Shown: positions 25,037 to 35,843, counted from the stretch's first letter. The stretch: 38,152 bases of DNA from Leptospiraceae bacterium (GCA_020441025.1 JAGRMX010000001.1:1-38152), one strand, 5' to 3'. A program made the numbers and translations. Notes: generated from the sequence alone by a model not told the origin.

Positions 25037-26506
25037 TCAGTTGCGAACGCAACGCACATACATGCCGTCTTCGCCGTTTCCATCCCGGAGAATATCGCCC
25101 TGCGGTCCCCAGTAGAAAAAGGTTCCGAAACCCACATTGGCGGAAGCGGCGCCGCCTTTTGTGGAAACGTCGTCCTTATCGTCGCTGCGCTGCGATCCGG
25201 CGCCATGTACATCCTGCACTGAATTTAGATAATACCCCAGGGCTCTTCCGAAGGCCATATAAGCGCCGGAAGTCACATCATCCGTTCCGCCGCAAGTGCT
25301 GGAGGCGTTATCACACGCTACATGCGTGGTGGAGGACCAATAGGTGGCATAATCGGTTATGCCTTCTTCATTTGTAAATGAAGTGGCGTTAAAAATGGAA
25401 TTAATAGCCGCCGAGCCCGTATAATCCGGTGCGCGGGAATAATCCAGAATACTCTGCAACTCTTTAATGTTCGGTACGCGCCAGTTTGATGATCCACCGA
25501 GGGAAAGACCTTCGCAATAGGTCAGGGCCTGGTCGAAGGTGCGTGAAGTTCCGCTGTCGCCCTGCTGCCAGGTCAGTCCGGTCGCGTTATCCGTAATCGT
25601 ACCGTTGCCGTTATTGGTGAAGTTATTCAATCCGTAATCTGAGTTTCCTCGCACACATTGTACGTAAAAGGTCTTTGTGGAATTGCATTCGTACCCCTTG
25701 ATGCGACCATCCACAAAGTTCACCCCAAAAACACCCGTATCCGTATCAAAGATTTTGCCGCCATAAACGTTGGTGGAAGCGTATTGCCCGTCGATCAATC
25801 GCTCTCCGGAGGAAGTGTCGCCAAAGCCGACGCTGAAGACGGAGTCATCCATGAAGGTTTTTCCGCTCAGGTTGCCGGAAGCGCAATTCGTACAGGAACT
25901 CGGATCGCGTCCCTGACCAAAGTTCATTAATGAATAGAGCTCTTTCACCGTAGGCAATCGCCAATCACTATGACCGGCATACGTTAACGATGAGCAATAT
26001 GAAACGGCGGAAGACTGAGTTAGCTTGTCGCTGGAATTGATCGAACTATCGCCGTTCGTATCAGCCGAGTTAACCCACATTAGACTCGTGCGATTGTCCG
26101 TGATGGTGCCGTCCGCATTGTTGGTATAGCTCGGCGTATTGCCGGTATAAAAACCGTCCTGTGCCGCCGTGCCGCCACCCGAACACCCCACCGTGCCGCT
26201 ATTGGTGCCGTAGCAGGTGGTCTGACCCGTATCCACAAGGGTATAGTTGCCCGTACTGGTGGTCGTTGTAATACTTTGCACCTGATAGCTGCATCCGTCG
26301 CTGCTGCTGGAAGTTGTGGATAGCAGCAGCAGCGCCAATAACTGAGTCGAATCGTCGTCGTCTTCATCCGTAAGGCCCAATAGATCGCATCCCGCTATGG
26401 ACACAGTCACTGAGAGCGTTGCACTTAAAAGCAGGCGTGGAAGCCAGGTCGATATGAATTCGATTCTTTCGCCCGGGTTCAGTATTTTAGGTTTCATCTG
26501 ATTCAC
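25037..26506 (-). CDS. DUF1566 (Lcl C-terminal domain) lipoprotein, two domain copies
   Basis: Lipobox VSIAG-C. The signatures DWRLPTVKELYSL and NWRVPNIKELQSIL are diagnostic of DUF1566. Confidence 0.85.
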   Translation of the reverse strand: MNQMKPKILNPGERIEFISTWLPRLLLSATLSVTVSIAGCDLLGLTDEDDDDSTQLLALLLLSTTSSSSDGCSYQVQSITTTTSTGNYTLVDTGQTTCYGTNSGTVGCSGGGTAAQDGFYTGNTPSYTNNADGTITDNRTSLMWVNSADTNGDSSINSSDKLTQSSAVSYCSSLTYAGHSDWRLPTVKELYSLMNFGQGRDPSSCTNCASGNLSGKTFMDDSVFSVGFGDTSSGERLIDGQYASTNVYGGKIFDTDTGVFGVNFVDGRIKGYECNSTKTFYVQCVRGNSDYGLNNFTNNGNGTITDNATGLTWQQGDSGTSRTFDQALTYCEGLSLGGSSNWRVPNIKELQSILDYSRAPDYTGSAAINSIFNATSFTNEEGITDYATYWSSTTHVACDNASSTCGGTDDVTSGAYMAFGRALGYYLNSVQDVHGAGSQRSDDKDDVSTKGGAASANVGFGTFFYWGPQGDILRDGNGEDGMYVRCVRN

Positions 26507-26741
26507 TCCTTCCCGATTTGAATCGCAAAGCGCATTCCGGGGGATTTGAACAGATACTATACCGATGCGATGATGCGATCGTCCGAGCCGTGCGGTTCGG
26601 ACTGTATTAAGATTCTATCTAACATAAACATGTGATGCTTCATCTTATCAAATGTTCAGGAGATTCTCCGGGAGCGGAAAAAACTTGCGGTTCGAGGTTT
26701 GAATACGCTGGAAAACTATCCGGCGCTTATAAAATCGTGTT

Positions 26742-28016
26742 ATGCATATTTTACCGGCCGCCATGTTCGGATTCTGCATGTTTTCAGCTCTGTTGATCGT
26801 ATTCAGCGGTCGGAGCGCGGCGCGCTACTATCTTGTGGGGCTCCTGGTGAACCTATCGTTCGGACACCTGGTGCATGCGGCGGATTTTTTTTCAAATGAA
26901 TCTCCTCGAATTGTTATGCTGGTGATGAATGCGCGCGTTTTTTTGTATGGGCCATTGATCTATTTATTTCTCGTGCAATCCATTAAAATGCGGCGAAAAT
27001 GGCATCCGGGTGATGTGTTGCATTTCTTTCCGGCGATATTGTCATTTGTCCTTTTATTGTTTGTTTCTGTTCAAAAAAATGAGCAATCGAGAATATTTTT
27101 ATTTTCATTAATGTTACATGCTCAGATTTTATTAATGTCCATTTATGGAGTTCGCATCTATTCGCAGATCCGGGATTATATACCTGATCCTCTGGCGGGA
27201 AAAATCAATCGCAACTGTCCGGGCGGGCAGGGTTTGCTCGTCGCTATTGTCATGTTTTTTTTACTCTGGATGGCGCAGCAGTTGTTGATGCTCTATCTGG
27301 AGGGGGATGCGGGGATATATAAGCACGTCAGGTTAATTCGCGGCATAATTATATTATCTTATACGTTGACCATCTGTTATGTCGCTGTGCGCATGTTTTT
27401 GACTGAATCGCGAAGAAAACCAATAGCTTCCATTGCGAACAACATGCAGGAATCGTCAGTCTCCAATGGTGAGATGGGGCATGTAACCCAATTGCACAAT
27501 GGGGTCCGAAACGGTTTGGATGGTAATGGTGATCAACTAAATGAACACTCACATGATTCTGAATGCGAACGCAAATACAGTCGTTCCGGATTAAAATCGG
27601 ATCAGATTCCGGTTGTTCTGGACAGAGTCGTTCATTATATGGAAACCTGTCGCCCCTATCTGGACCCGGAGTTTGCTCCCCGGGATATGGCCGCAGCGTT
27701 GGATCTGCCGGTAGCTCGTATCAGTCAGGTCATCAATCAAGAATTGCAGACCAATTTTTATGGTTTGGTGAATCAGTACAGAGTTGAGGCCGTCATCAAT
27801 GAATTGTTGAACGACCCGAATGCGTCTGTGAATCTTTTGCATCTGGCGTTGAACTCCGGATTTAATTCGAAATCCACGTTTAACAGCGCGTTCAAACGTA
27901 TAACCGGACAGACACCTTCTGAATTCAAGGCGGATCTTACCCGTGATGGATCGGGTTCCGCTTTGCCGCGGCATAAGTGTGAACCGAACAGATCATACGT
28001 ACAATCCAGTCAGTGA
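26742..28016 (+). CDS. Membrane-anchored AraC-family transcriptional regulator
   Basis: About 6 N-terminal TM helices. The C-terminal HTH_18 region is LVNQYRVEAVINELL...LHLALNSGFNSKSTFNSAFKRITGQTPSEFK. Confidence 0.8.
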   Translation: MHILPAAMFGFCMFSALLIVFSGRSAARYYLVGLLVNLSFGHLVHAADFFSNESPRIVMLVMNARVFLYGPLIYLFLVQSIKMRRKWHPGDVLHFFPAILSFVLLLFVSVQKNEQSRIFLFSLMLHAQILLMSIYGVRIYSQIRDYIPDPLAGKINRNCPGGQGLLVAIVMFFLLWMAQQLLMLYLEGDAGIYKHVRLIRGIIILSYTLTICYVAVRMFLTESRRKPIASIANNMQESSVSNGEMGHVTQLHNGVRNGLDGNGDQLNEHSHDSECERKYSRSGLKSDQIPVVLDRVVHYMETCRPYLDPEFAPRDMAAALDLPVARISQVINQELQTNFYGLVNQYRVEAVINELLNDPNASVNLLHLALNSGFNSKSTFNSAFKRITGQTPSEFKADLTRDGSGSALPRHKCEPNRSYVQSSQ

Positions 28017-28339
28017 CTCCGGTTACATGCGTCTATACATTAGAATAAACAGGCCGCTCCAGTAACCGCAATTTTGTTCGTCCATTAAAAGGAAGATGCC
28101 GGCTTGATCTTTCTGGAACGACTGCGCCTTGTAATGCGCGCATCAGAGAATTACCTATATCGCAGTGCGAGTTAATCTGATTGTCTGACGTAAAACTAAC
28201 GATTCATCGCCTTATTTCACTACCGATAGAAAACTCAATCGATATTACAGGATCGAAGCTTTATAAGAATTGTTGTTCGGCGGAATTTGCTCGAAATGAA
28301 AATGAACTCAAAACAAAAGAACGCCCCGTCCGCCTGCGT

Positions 28340-29716
28340 ATGGCTGAAAGGATGCGCGGGACTGTACGAGAATATGCTCGTTTCGGGAGATGTCGGGTGA
28401 ATCTCAAGCGAAATAAAACGATTCTACTGGTTGAGAATGAATCCATCCCGGCTAAGATTACTCTGAAGACGTTGCAGCAGGAAGGCTTTCGAGCTGTTCA
28501 CGCTGCCAGCGGGGAAGAAGCCGTCGATATGGCGATTCGAAACAATGAGATCAATCTGGTTCTCATGGATATAGATCTGGGCGACGGTATCGACGGTCCC
28601 GAAGCCGCCCGACGGATCCTGGCGGTCCGAGATATTCCCATAGTGTTTCTAACGTCGCATTCAGAAAAAGAATATGTAGAGCGAGTGAAAAAAATCACGC
28701 GATACGGCTACGTGGTTAAGGATTCGGGAAGCTTTGTGTTATTCTCTTCTATTGAGATGGCGTTTGAATTAAACCAGGCTCACCAGCAAGTCGCCAGCAG
28801 CGAGGAGCGATTTCGACAGCTTGCGGAGAGTACGGAAACATGGATATGGGAAACGGATGCTAACGGCCTGTTTGTTTATTCTAATAGCGTGGTCGAGCGA
28901 ATCCTCGGCTATACACCCGGACAGATAATTCAGAAGAAGCATTTTCATGACTTTTTTCCACGCTCGCAACAGATGTCGTTAAATCTGATGGCACTACAAC
29001 ATTATCAAGCGGGCGGGGGAGATCATAAATTTGAATGTGTCGTGAACCATCGGAACGGCAATCGCGTGATGATCGAGTCCTCCGGATTTCCAATTATCGG
29101 TAAAAACGGCGCCGTTACCGGGTATCGAGGAGTGAATGTAGATGTAACCGAGAAGTGCATTAAGCGTAAATGCGGGCTTATTTATTCGGAGTTTCAGAAT
29201 GCGGTGGCCGAAATTCGCAGTATACCGGAAGTGCTTACATTGGTCGTGGCCACGCTGACGAAGCTGCTCGGAGATAGCATAAACATTGTTTCCTACCTGG
29301 ATGAGTCGACACAAACGCTGCAAATAGCCGATTTTAACGGCCTGAAAAAGCCCATCAGCAAGCTGATTCAAATTCTCGGCCTGGACCCGCGCAAGCACAA
29401 GATTCATGTGGCCGATATTACGCCGGAAGAACTGGACATGTATCGCAGTGGTAAACTGGAATTGCTGGAAAACGGACTGTATGTTTTATTCGCTCGAAAA
29501 GTATCCCAGAAAGTATGCGACGCGGTCGGTTCTTTTTTAAATATTCGCAATGTTTACGCCGTAGGTTTTACCAATCGCGGTCGCCATTTTGGCGGAATCA
29601 TTATTCTGACCCGACAGGAATTAAACGCCGAAATCAGCACGATTGAACGTATGGCCGGATATGCCGCCATAGCCATTAAAAGGTTGGAAGCCGAGTCCGC
29701 CTCACTGGCCGTGTAA
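28340..29716 (+). CDS. Response-regulator receiver + PAS + GAF-like protein without a recognisable output domain
   Basis: REC: KTILLVENE...NLVLMDIDLGDGIDG...YVVK. PAS: EERFRQLAESTETWIWETDANGLFVYSNSVVERILGYTPGQ. The C-terminus is GAF-like. The start is uncertain: ATG at 28340, or GTG at 28397 with GGGAG upstream. Confidence 0.8.
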   Translation: MAERMRGTVREYARFGRCRVNLKRNKTILLVENESIPAKITLKTLQQEGFRAVHAASGEEAVDMAIRNNEINLVLMDIDLGDGIDGPEAARRILAVRDIPIVFLTSHSEKEYVERVKKITRYGYVVKDSGSFVLFSSIEMAFELNQAHQQVASSEERFRQLAESTETWIWETDANGLFVYSNSVVERILGYTPGQIIQKKHFHDFFPRSQQMSLNLMALQHYQAGGGDHKFECVVNHRNGNRVMIESSGFPIIGKNGAVTGYRGVNVDVTEKCIKRKCGLIYSEFQNAVAEIRSIPEVLTLVVATLTKLLGDSINIVSYLDESTQTLQIADFNGLKKPISKLIQILGLDPRKHKIHVADITPEELDMYRSGKLELLENGLYVLFARKVSQKVCDAVGSFLNIRNVYAVGFTNRGRHFGGIIILTRQELNAEISTIERMAGYAAIAIKRLEAESASLAV

Positions 29717-29910
29717 CGCTTACCGGGTCAACTTCTTCACATGGGGATTGCCCCGGTCGTCATAACAAAAATAGCTGGTTCATTCGGTTTTCGTATTTCA
29801 ATGAACTTATCATTGGAAAATCGGAGGCGGATCCTTAAACGGTTCCCGCAGTCAAAGCGCAAGTCAACGCACGGCTTGACTTTTAATTATCAAGCCCGCA
29901 TTCTGCCGGC

Positions 29911-31131
29911 ATGAGTACCCTGCCTCGCGATGAATACAAAGCGCGCTCCATGAGTCTGGTCGCAATCAGTACGACCATAATCATTTCTCTTATTACGGGC
30001 ATACTTGCGTTTATCCAGGCGCATCGTCCGCTGGAATTCGCCGGGGGAGTGGTGAACGTTGCGGGGGCGGTCGTATATATGCTGACCTTGTGGGGGCAGT
30101 GGAAGGGTCGTTCGCTGGCTCCCCGGTTGTTTTTTTTAGTTACGGCCAATATTCATCTGGGCCTGATTGTGTTCTGGTACGGATGGAGCTATGGAGCTTA
30201 TCTTTTTTATCCGGTAATGATGGCCCTGCCGTTTGTAATATTCACGCGCAGGCAAAAAAGACTTATTTTGCCGATGGCGGCGCTGGCACTTTTGATGCTG
30301 GTTCTAATGTTTTCTTTGTTTCAGTTTGCAGGAACAACGCCGATTGTGATTCGGCCGCCTGCGGAATCCGAATTACGCTCTACCATCGGCACGTCCGTAA
30401 ACCTGTTGCTGATGTCTCTGGCCATGATTTTGCTGATGAGGTATATGCGTAATGTTCAATTTCAGGCCGAAGATGGTCTGGAATTCGAGCGCCGCAGATC
30501 TGATGAGTTATTATTGAATGTTTTGCCCGCCCCCATCGCAGAGCGATTGAAAAAGGGAGAGCAACCGATTGCCGATCATTTTGACGCAGTGACCATTTTA
30601 TTTGCGGATATTGTCGGATTTACCGATCTGGCCGCCAAAAAATCGGCCGGCGAACTGGTGGAATTGCTCAATGAGATTTTTTCCGGGTTTGACGAACTGG
30701 CCGATCAATACGAGCTGGAAAAAATAAAAACCATCGGCGATTGCTTCATGGCTGTGGCCGGATTACCCCGACTCCGGGAGGATCATGCCCTGGCTGCGGT
30801 GCGCATGGCGGGTGCAATGCGCGACTTAATGGAAGTGATTCGTTCGCGCAAAGGCATTGAACTTCAAATTCGCATTGGCGTGCATTCGGGACCGGTGGTC
30901 GCCGGTGTAATCGGGCGGCGTAAATTCAGCTATGATCTGTGGGGAGACGCGGTCAACGTCGCCAGTCGAATGGAATCTTCCGGTGAAAGCGGCAGGATCA
31001 ATCTCTCGGAGAATACATACCGATTGGTAAACGTGTATTGTGAATGCGAGCACCGGGGGAAAATACACGCAAAAGGAAAGGGCGAACTCGATATGTATTT
31101 TTTGAATCGAATCAAAACGGAAGTTCTTTGA
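29911..31131 (+). CDS. Membrane-bound class III adenylate/guanylate cyclase
   Basis: Six N-terminal TM helices. The catalytic domain motifs are VTILFADIVGFTDL, KTIGDCFMAVAG and YDLWGDAVNVASRMES. Confidence 0.9.
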   Translation: MSTLPRDEYKARSMSLVAISTTIIISLITGILAFIQAHRPLEFAGGVVNVAGAVVYMLTLWGQWKGRSLAPRLFFLVTANIHLGLIVFWYGWSYGAYLFYPVMMALPFVIFTRRQKRLILPMAALALLMLVLMFSLFQFAGTTPIVIRPPAESELRSTIGTSVNLLLMSLAMILLMRYMRNVQFQAEDGLEFERRRSDELLLNVLPAPIAERLKKGEQPIADHFDAVTILFADIVGFTDLAAKKSAGELVELLNEIFSGFDELADQYELEKIKTIGDCFMAVAGLPRLREDHALAAVRMAGAMRDLMEVIRSRKGIELQIRIGVHSGPVVAGVIGRRKFSYDLWGDAVNVASRMESSGESGRINLSENTYRLVNVYCECEHRGKIHAKGKGELDMYFLNRIKTEVL

Positions 31132-31185
31132 TATTGTTTCGTTCTTTTCATTGTCATAAGCCCGGATAATATAGATTATGTTCAT

Positions 31186-31875
31186 ATGATTTTTGGCAGG
31201 CGTCATTCGTGTTTACCGGTTGGTAGTATAATACTCGTCGTTGCTTTTGCTGCTTGCAGTACAATCGATTCGTATGCTTACATGCGGCCGGAAGCGGACG
31301 GCATCGATGTGGTGGATACGTATTGGGGACCGCAAGTTCGGTTTTCATATCCGCGTTTTACGCTGCAGTATGGTCCCGTGGCCATGGGGTCCCATCGCGT
31401 GTCGGATGGCCCCTGTTTATTACCGGTGATTCCGGGCCGGGAGGAATCACCCGCTCCCCTGCAAATAGAGATACATTTACACGCGAACTCTCCGACGCGA
31501 ATTTATCCCGGCAATTGGTCGGTGTACGCGCGGGCGGAAGAGTTTGGTACCTTCATGGGAGATGATGTTTACACGCGTTACAATGCCGTCAATGCGGGCT
31601 TTTTTGATTCGCCGCCGCAAGCATACGATCAAAAAAACATCGGCCACTGGACGGCGGCGGATAATGCGCGTAATGATGCCGTGCTTATTGAATCGGAAGC
31701 GTACGGCGTGATTTTCTTTCCCGTGTATGATAACGAGTTCATCGATTTCAAAATGGAGGCGATTACGGTCGAAATAGAGGGCGAAACGGTGACAGTACCG
31801 GCGATCGATTGGAGTCGGCACGGCAACTGGAAATATGATGCCTTTACTTTAGAGCCGATGATGCCCGATTATTGA
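31186..31875 (+). CDS. Hypothetical lipoprotein
   Basis: Lipobox VAFAA-C; 229 aa. Its 3' end overlaps the convergent ankyrin gene by 7 nt. Confidence 0.6.
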   Translation: MIFGRRHSCLPVGSIILVVAFAACSTIDSYAYMRPEADGIDVVDTYWGPQVRFSYPRFTLQYGPVAMGSHRVSDGPCLLPVIPGREESPAPLQIEIHLHANSPTRIYPGNWSVYARAEEFGTFMGDDVYTRYNAVNAGFFDSPPQAYDQKNIGHWTAADNARNDAVLIESEAYGVIFFPVYDNEFIDFKMEAITVEIEGETVTVPAIDWSRHGNWKYDAFTLEPMMPDY

Positions 31876-33116
31876 GCGTGGTGGCTCAGTAATTGGATTA
31901 TTTCGGTATGATTTTTTTTCTGTGCCCATTGTAGCGCCGTGTCACCTCGCTGGTCTCGGGCGGATATTTCCGCTCCGGAATCGAGCAAGAGTTGTACTGC
32001 TTCGACATTCCCAGAATAAGCGGCCCACATCAGTGCGGTTTCATTATTCATTTCGCGTGCATTTACATTCGCTCCAGCACCAATCAATACGCGCATTGAT
32101 TCTGTGTGTCCACCCTGCGCGGCCAATATCAAAGGAGTACAATCGGAGCCGTGTCTGATATCTATCTTTGCGCCGGCTTCTATTAAAATCCGGACTGTTT
32201 CGACATGGCCTTGCATGGCCGCAATCATGAGCGGCGAAAAATACTCGCCGCGCGCAAATGCATTTATGTTCCCGCCGGCATCAAGTAATAATAAAATTAT
32301 ATTATTATGGCCGCCCCGGGAAGCCTGGACCAATGCTTCGTCCAATCCTTGCCTGGCGGGGTCTCGGCCCGCTTCGGCATTAATCAAATACGTTACGATC
32401 GAAGTTTGTCCATTTGAGGCGGCCGTCATAAGCGCGGTATTATTGGAATAGTCACGATGGTAAATATTGGCTCCATTTTCAACGAGTAACATTACGGATT
32501 CAAGAGAATCGTGCCGCGCTGCCCTGAATAGGGCGGTTGTTTCATACTGATCGGTGCTATCGACTTGCGCTCCAGCCTTCAGCAATAGATGCATGATTTC
32601 CGGTTGAACCGTGTCTGCTGCCAGCATCAATGCCGTTTGGGTGTCTTGATCCTGGGCCTCCGGGTTTACTCCGTTTGCAATAAGCAGGCGAACGATTTCC
32701 ATATGCCGATTTGCTATCGCGGCCATCATTGGAGTGCGCCCCTTAATGTCTGGCAACTCCGGATTCGCGGAAGCCTGTATCAAAAACTTCACAATTTCAA
32801 GAAATCCTCCCGAACTCGCCAGATAGAGAGCCGATTCGCCATAGTTGTTCCGGGCATTCGCATCCAGGCCGGCCTGGAGTAACATTAGTGCCGCGTCTTT
32901 ATTTCTTTCGGAGACGGCAAGCAAAAGCGCCGTATTTCCAGCGCTATCCCTGGCATGAATATCGGCGCCCGCATCGATAGCGGATTGCAAGTCGGCCACA
33001 TTTCCGGATCGGGCGGACTGTAAAAACTCCGTGTTCTTCTGTTTTAGAGACCAACTGTTGCAGGCCGAAAGCAGCGCTGCCACAGTCACGAGTACAATCT
33101 TTTGCTTTTCAGTCAT
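31869..33116 (-). CDS. Ankyrin-repeat lipoprotein (about 11-12 ANK repeats)
   Basis: Lipobox LLSA-C. Repeated xGxTALMxAAxxGHxEIVxLLLxxGAxxN units run throughout. Confidence 0.9.
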   Translation of the reverse strand: MTEKQKIVLVTVAALLSACNSWSLKQKNTEFLQSARSGNVADLQSAIDAGADIHARDSAGNTALLLAVSERNKDAALMLLQAGLDANARNNYGESALYLASSGGFLEIVKFLIQASANPELPDIKGRTPMMAAIANRHMEIVRLLIANGVNPEAQDQDTQTALMLAADTVQPEIMHLLLKAGAQVDSTDQYETTALFRAARHDSLESVMLLVENGANIYHRDYSNNTALMTAASNGQTSIVTYLINAEAGRDPARQGLDEALVQASRGGHNNIILLLLDAGGNINAFARGEYFSPLMIAAMQGHVETVRILIEAGAKIDIRHGSDCTPLILAAQGGHTESMRVLIGAGANVNAREMNNETALMWAAYSGNVEAVQLLLDSGAEISARDQRGDTALQWAQKKNHTEIIQLLSHHAQ

Positions 33117-33437
33117 ATTTGTAGCGTTTTCTCCGGATAACTAAGCTATACATACTATTCTGCCGGCATTTCATTTTTGCAATATGTTTATTTGAAATTG
33201 TAAAAATCCTGAAAACTTGATGCGGGTCAGTCAATCAACAAAAATCGGTATTCGGCCCGGTTGCGTTGTGGTTTCAGATTGTGCGGGGCAAGTCAGTTGC
33301 GTGGGTTGAGCATCTCCGGAGTAATAAAAAACAATAGACATCAAAAAATGAATGTCCGATTTCTGGAAATCGGGCGGCGTTTGGGCTTTTGTAAGCATCG
33401 TTACACCGTCAATATATCGAGGCCAGAGCAGGCGCAT

Positions 33438-35690
33438 ATGAGCAGGGCGGACGCGGAAAAATTTTATAATGAAGGTGTGGTGCTCGCTAATGAAGGCAAG
33501 CTGCGTGAAGCGCTGGCGGCATTTGATGAAGCGATTCGATTGGATAAGGATTTTGGGTTTTCGCACAATGGCCGGGGTAATGTTTTGTTCTGTTTGGCAT
33601 TTTATGAAGAGGCACTGGCGGCGTATGAAAATGCAATTCGATTGAATAAAGGTGATTCACTTCCTCATAACGGTCGCGGTAACGCATTGCTTTACCTGAG
33701 GTGTTATGAAGAAGCTCTGGTGGCCTTTGACGAAGCGATTCGTTTGGCTAAAGATTCTGCGCATCCTCATAACGGTCGCGGCAACGCATTGCTTGAGCTA
33801 AGGCGATCTGAAGAAGCTCTGGCGGCCTTTGATAAAGCGATTTGCCTGGATAAAGATTTTACGCACGCTTATAATGGTCGCGGCAATGCTTTGTTCGAAC
33901 TGAGTCGATATGAAGAAGCGCTTAAAGCATATGAAGAAGCGCTCCGTTTGGACAGGGAAAATGCGCATTCATACAATGGTCGCGGAAATGTTTTGTGTGA
34001 ACTAAACCGGCATGACGAAGCGCTCAGTGCATATGCTGAGGCTATCAAATTGGATTCTAATTTTCCGCTTCCCTGGTTAAATCTGGCCATCCTGTCCCGA
34101 AACATAGACGCAGGCTACAACACCGAACAGTGTCTCTATCGCTACTATTATTTAGAAGATAGAAGTATCCCGGGGGTAAAGTTTCAGATTTTTATCCAAT
34201 TCTTTGAGTATCAATTGTATGCGCCGTTGTTCGTATATCGACTCTTTCAGGAGTATGAGGAGTATCAAACCTTTCTTCAGTATGGGAATCTGATTCAGAC
34301 AACCCTGCAACAGTGTGCGGACGCCCTGTCGTTGATTGAGTATCTGGAATCGGATGCCTGCTCGCTGGATGCGATCGCACGAAAAAAATTACACGCCTTA
34401 ATTCGGTTTCACCTCGGCGATCCGTTTTACGCCCGACAGCTGTACGACCATGTGCTGGAAAGCAACGCGGATGATCTATGTGCGCATTACGGGCGAATCG
34501 GTTGCCTGTTTATGTACCTGGCCGACAATGAACTCGATTCGGCTTACGAGCAGGCCATGCAGGCCATGACTCGTTTGGGGGCCCGTGAATCGGATGATCG
34601 GCAGCCTGTCGAATACTATTATGCCGGACTGATAATGTATGAATGTGCTCCTGACAGTGTTGATAATCCGAGCGCGCGCGGAGTTTACCAGTCGGCGCTG
34701 GCTTACTTTGAAAAAGCGGGCGATTATTTGCCGGCGCTCTACATGCGCGCGTTGATGCTTGTGCTGTCGGACCGGAAACCCGAAGCGATTGAAATATATG
34801 GAGCCATTCTGAAAGAGGAGCGATTATTAAGGGCCGGCAATCAGCATGGCGGCTATCTATGCGGAGTTTCGGTCTGGGACATCGATTTTGATGATCCCGA
34901 ATTCCAATTGCCGTTTTATCACTATGCGCATGCTATCGAGATTTCCGAAGCGCTGGTTGTTTTGTTTGAATGGCTGGAGGAATGGGCCGACCCGATCGAT
35001 CATAAACTTGCGCAGGAGTTTCGAAATTTTCTCAAGCGGCATCCGATACAATTAAATAAAGAAACGCGATTGAATGCAAGCTGGCGGTTTACCGAGCACA
35101 CGAAGCAAAAATTAGCGCGGCTGAAAGAAATCGATATTGAGCAAAAGCTGGAAATTCTCGCGGTTCATTTGAGTCAATCTTTCCCCGCATGGGCAGAATT
35201 TCTGGAGCAAAACCCGGATCAAATCGCCCGGAGCCTGGGCCGGAGCATTCAGAATAAAGAACAGGAGGCGCTCGCTTATCATCGAATGATCGTTTATCTG
35301 TACGCCCGAGGAAAGTTGCCGGAACGGACCGCCGTTCTATTGCTGTTCTATTCGTTGATGACCCAATCGCCCCGGGAAATATTTAAGATAGGCCGGGCCG
35401 CGTTTTTCGGGCTGGCCTCGGAAATCTTTATGGAATATACCCTGGGTTCGGTGCTCGCGCAGACCGGGTTGCTGTTGCCGGGAGGATTGATTGGCATCGG
35501 AGTATTTATAATGTTTATGGAATTTGTGAAGAAAAGGTCGGATCAAAAGTCCGAAGTCATCGAATTTCGTGCATTCAAAGCGAATTTTCTCGCGTTTATC
35601 GAGCGGCGCAGGGTACAATTGGGTGCGGCATTCAGTGAAAAATACCCCATGGACAATCCGGAACGGTGGCTGGAGCAGTTAATGGATTGA
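33438..35690 (+). CDS. TPR-repeat protein with a long uncharacterised helical region and C-terminal TM helices
   Basis: Six near-consensus 34-aa TPR units (HNGRGNALxxLxRYEEALxAFDEAIRLDKD) are followed by about 470 aa of unknown sequence. Hydrophobic helices lie near the C-terminus (LLLPGGLIGIGVFIMFMEF). The start is uncertain: 33348, 33438, or the track TTG at 33261. Confidence 0.75.
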   Translation: MSRADAEKFYNEGVVLANEGKLREALAAFDEAIRLDKDFGFSHNGRGNVLFCLAFYEEALAAYENAIRLNKGDSLPHNGRGNALLYLRCYEEALVAFDEAIRLAKDSAHPHNGRGNALLELRRSEEALAAFDKAICLDKDFTHAYNGRGNALFELSRYEEALKAYEEALRLDRENAHSYNGRGNVLCELNRHDEALSAYAEAIKLDSNFPLPWLNLAILSRNIDAGYNTEQCLYRYYYLEDRSIPGVKFQIFIQFFEYQLYAPLFVYRLFQEYEEYQTFLQYGNLIQTTLQQCADALSLIEYLESDACSLDAIARKKLHALIRFHLGDPFYARQLYDHVLESNADDLCAHYGRIGCLFMYLADNELDSAYEQAMQAMTRLGARESDDRQPVEYYYAGLIMYECAPDSVDNPSARGVYQSALAYFEKAGDYLPALYMRALMLVLSDRKPEAIEIYGAILKEERLLRAGNQHGGYLCGVSVWDIDFDDPEFQLPFYHYAHAIEISEALVVLFEWLEEWADPIDHKLAQEFRNFLKRHPIQLNKETRLNASWRFTEHTKQKLARLKEIDIEQKLEILAVHLSQSFPAWAEFLEQNPDQIARSLGRSIQNKEQEALAYHRMIVYLYARGKLPERTAVLLLFYSLMTQSPREIFKIGRAAFFGLASEIFMEYTLGSVLAQTGLLLPGGLIGIGVFIMFMEFVKKRSDQKSEVIEFRAFKANFLAFIERRRVQLGAAFSEKYPMDNPERWLEQLMD
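33453..34064 (+). repeat. 102-bp-period coding tandem repeat (the TPR units)
   Basis: Successive 102-nt blocks beginning cataacggtcgcgg(t/c)aacgcattgctt... are visibly similar at the DNA level. Confidence 0.7.
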
Positions 35691-35843
35691 TAATAAGGGT
35701 TCTGAACTCTTATGCGCTCAATATGATATGTGCATATTAATACAATGCCCCCCCCCTGGAGAATCAGGCAAATCCGCGAAACCATCGGGCAGGACGAACC
35801 GGGCCCCGGTGGTGTATTATAGCTTCATAACAATGGAGGCACC

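Noticed and set aside
33261-33437. N-terminal extension of the TPR protein from the TTG at 33261
   Set aside because: The extension (MRCGFRLCGASQLRG...) is not TPR-like and has no RBS. It also overlaps the divergent promoter region. An ATG start at 33438 or 33348 is more plausible.
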